Virus record (IMG/VR): IMGVR_UViG_3300007276_000057
Location: 1-57,248 of that record
From: a virus
Lineage: Duplodnaviria > Caudoviricetes
DNA: 57,248 bases
Strand: one strand, 5' to 3'
Made by a program: the position numbers and the translations under genes. Positions 56,879 to 57,248 of this stretch are shown one piece after another (the stretch's first letter is position 1; every line of letters starts with the position of its first letter). Under the pieces are notes generated by a model, which had not been told where the DNA came from, ran no database searches, and was given only the letters and a program-made list of their open reading frames with translations.

Positions 56879-56942
56879 TATAGAGGTAATCAATGTTAGC
56901 ACAATCAATGATATCATGTTAGATTATAATAGAGAGGAAGTA

Positions 56943-57131
56943 ATGGAAGTTAATAGTAAGATTAAGGTAGGACAACTGGTAAGGATAAAGAACTATTCAC
57001 CAAGAGAAAAAGGACTGTATCTTGTTGTATCAAAGCATGGAGGAAACTGTGAGTTAATCCCAGTAAACAAGAAGACCAATAGTGAGTCTCGTCGTTGGTG
57101 GACAGAGAAAGGGTTATCGGTGTATGCATGA
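56943..57131 (+). CDS. Small KOW/SH3-like protein
   Basis: IKVGQLV..GLYLV..WW. Confidence 0.6.
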   Translation: MEVNSKIKVGQLVRIKNYSPREKGLYLVVSKHGGNCELIPVNKKTNSESRRWWTEKGLSVYA

Positions 57132-57248
57132 ATGGTATTAAAGTAGAAGTGGGTAACCTTATTAAATTAACAAACCAACCTGATGATGATAACATTTGGA
57201 TTGTTCTTGGTGTTAGAAGATTCTTTAAATCAGAGAATAGAGTTAATG
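57128..57248 (+). CDS. Small KOW/SH3-like protein, 3'-truncated by the window edge
   Basis: ATGA overlap; VEVGNLI. Confidence 0.5.
   Translation, partial: MNGIKVEVGNLIKLTNQPDDDNIWIVLGVRRFFKSENRVN

Noticed and set aside
1159-57195. Minus-strand ORFs in the ORF track
   Set aside because: All overlap well-supported plus-strand genes or signals, and I saw no recognisable motifs in them
1-57248. Stop-codon reassignment (alternative genetic code)
   Set aside because: Conserved genes are full-length in code 11, and TAA, TAG and TGA all terminate genes at expected positions
1-57248. Bacterial chromosome origin (GroEL, DnaE, tmRNA, ClpP present)
   Set aside because: gp32-like SSB, free-standing homing endonuclease, single-strand dense packing, scattered host-like genes without their operons and many tiny ORFs indicate a large phage

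Overview
A 57 kb stretch of a large (jumbo-type) tailed dsDNA phage genome. It is AT-rich, densely packed, uses the standard code, and every credible gene is on the + strand. About 1-43 kb carries replication/repair genes (PolA C-terminus, gp32-like SSB, RecA/UvsX, 5'-3' exonuclease, DnaB-like helicase, DnaE, UvsE), nucleotide metabolism (PurA, class II RNR, ThyX, Tdk, dUTPase, IMPDH/GMPR, deaminase), a near-complete proteostasis kit (GroEL, GroES, J-domain, SlyD-like PPIase, ClpP, ClpS, tmRNA plus tRNA-Ala), a divergent tubulin/FtsZ, an MTase/nuclease pair, a GIY-YIG homing endonuclease and an amidase. About 43-57 kb is an accessory region of small genes, mostly paralogous MK(I/V)GDL(V/I) SH3/KOW-like proteins, plus a MoxR-like AAA/vWA-peptidase module. 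Best unexplained signals: (1) 12 promoter cassettes with a GGACA-N5-TGTCC palindrome at invariant spacing from a TATATT -10 and a degraded -35; (2) self-chaining KOW-like genes whose start codons encode the previous gene's stop; (3) a shared N-terminal leader ending in L-x-E on unrelated cargo proteins, associated with a CTANTTA motif; (4) a MYXO-CTERM-like protein and lipoproteins pointing to a Myxococcota-like host; (5) unannotated microproteins (8-Cys peptide, IGF-tail peptide, two TM peptides); (6) a standalone copy of the AAA ATPase C-terminal domain. All calls come from motif recognition by eye; no database searches were run.
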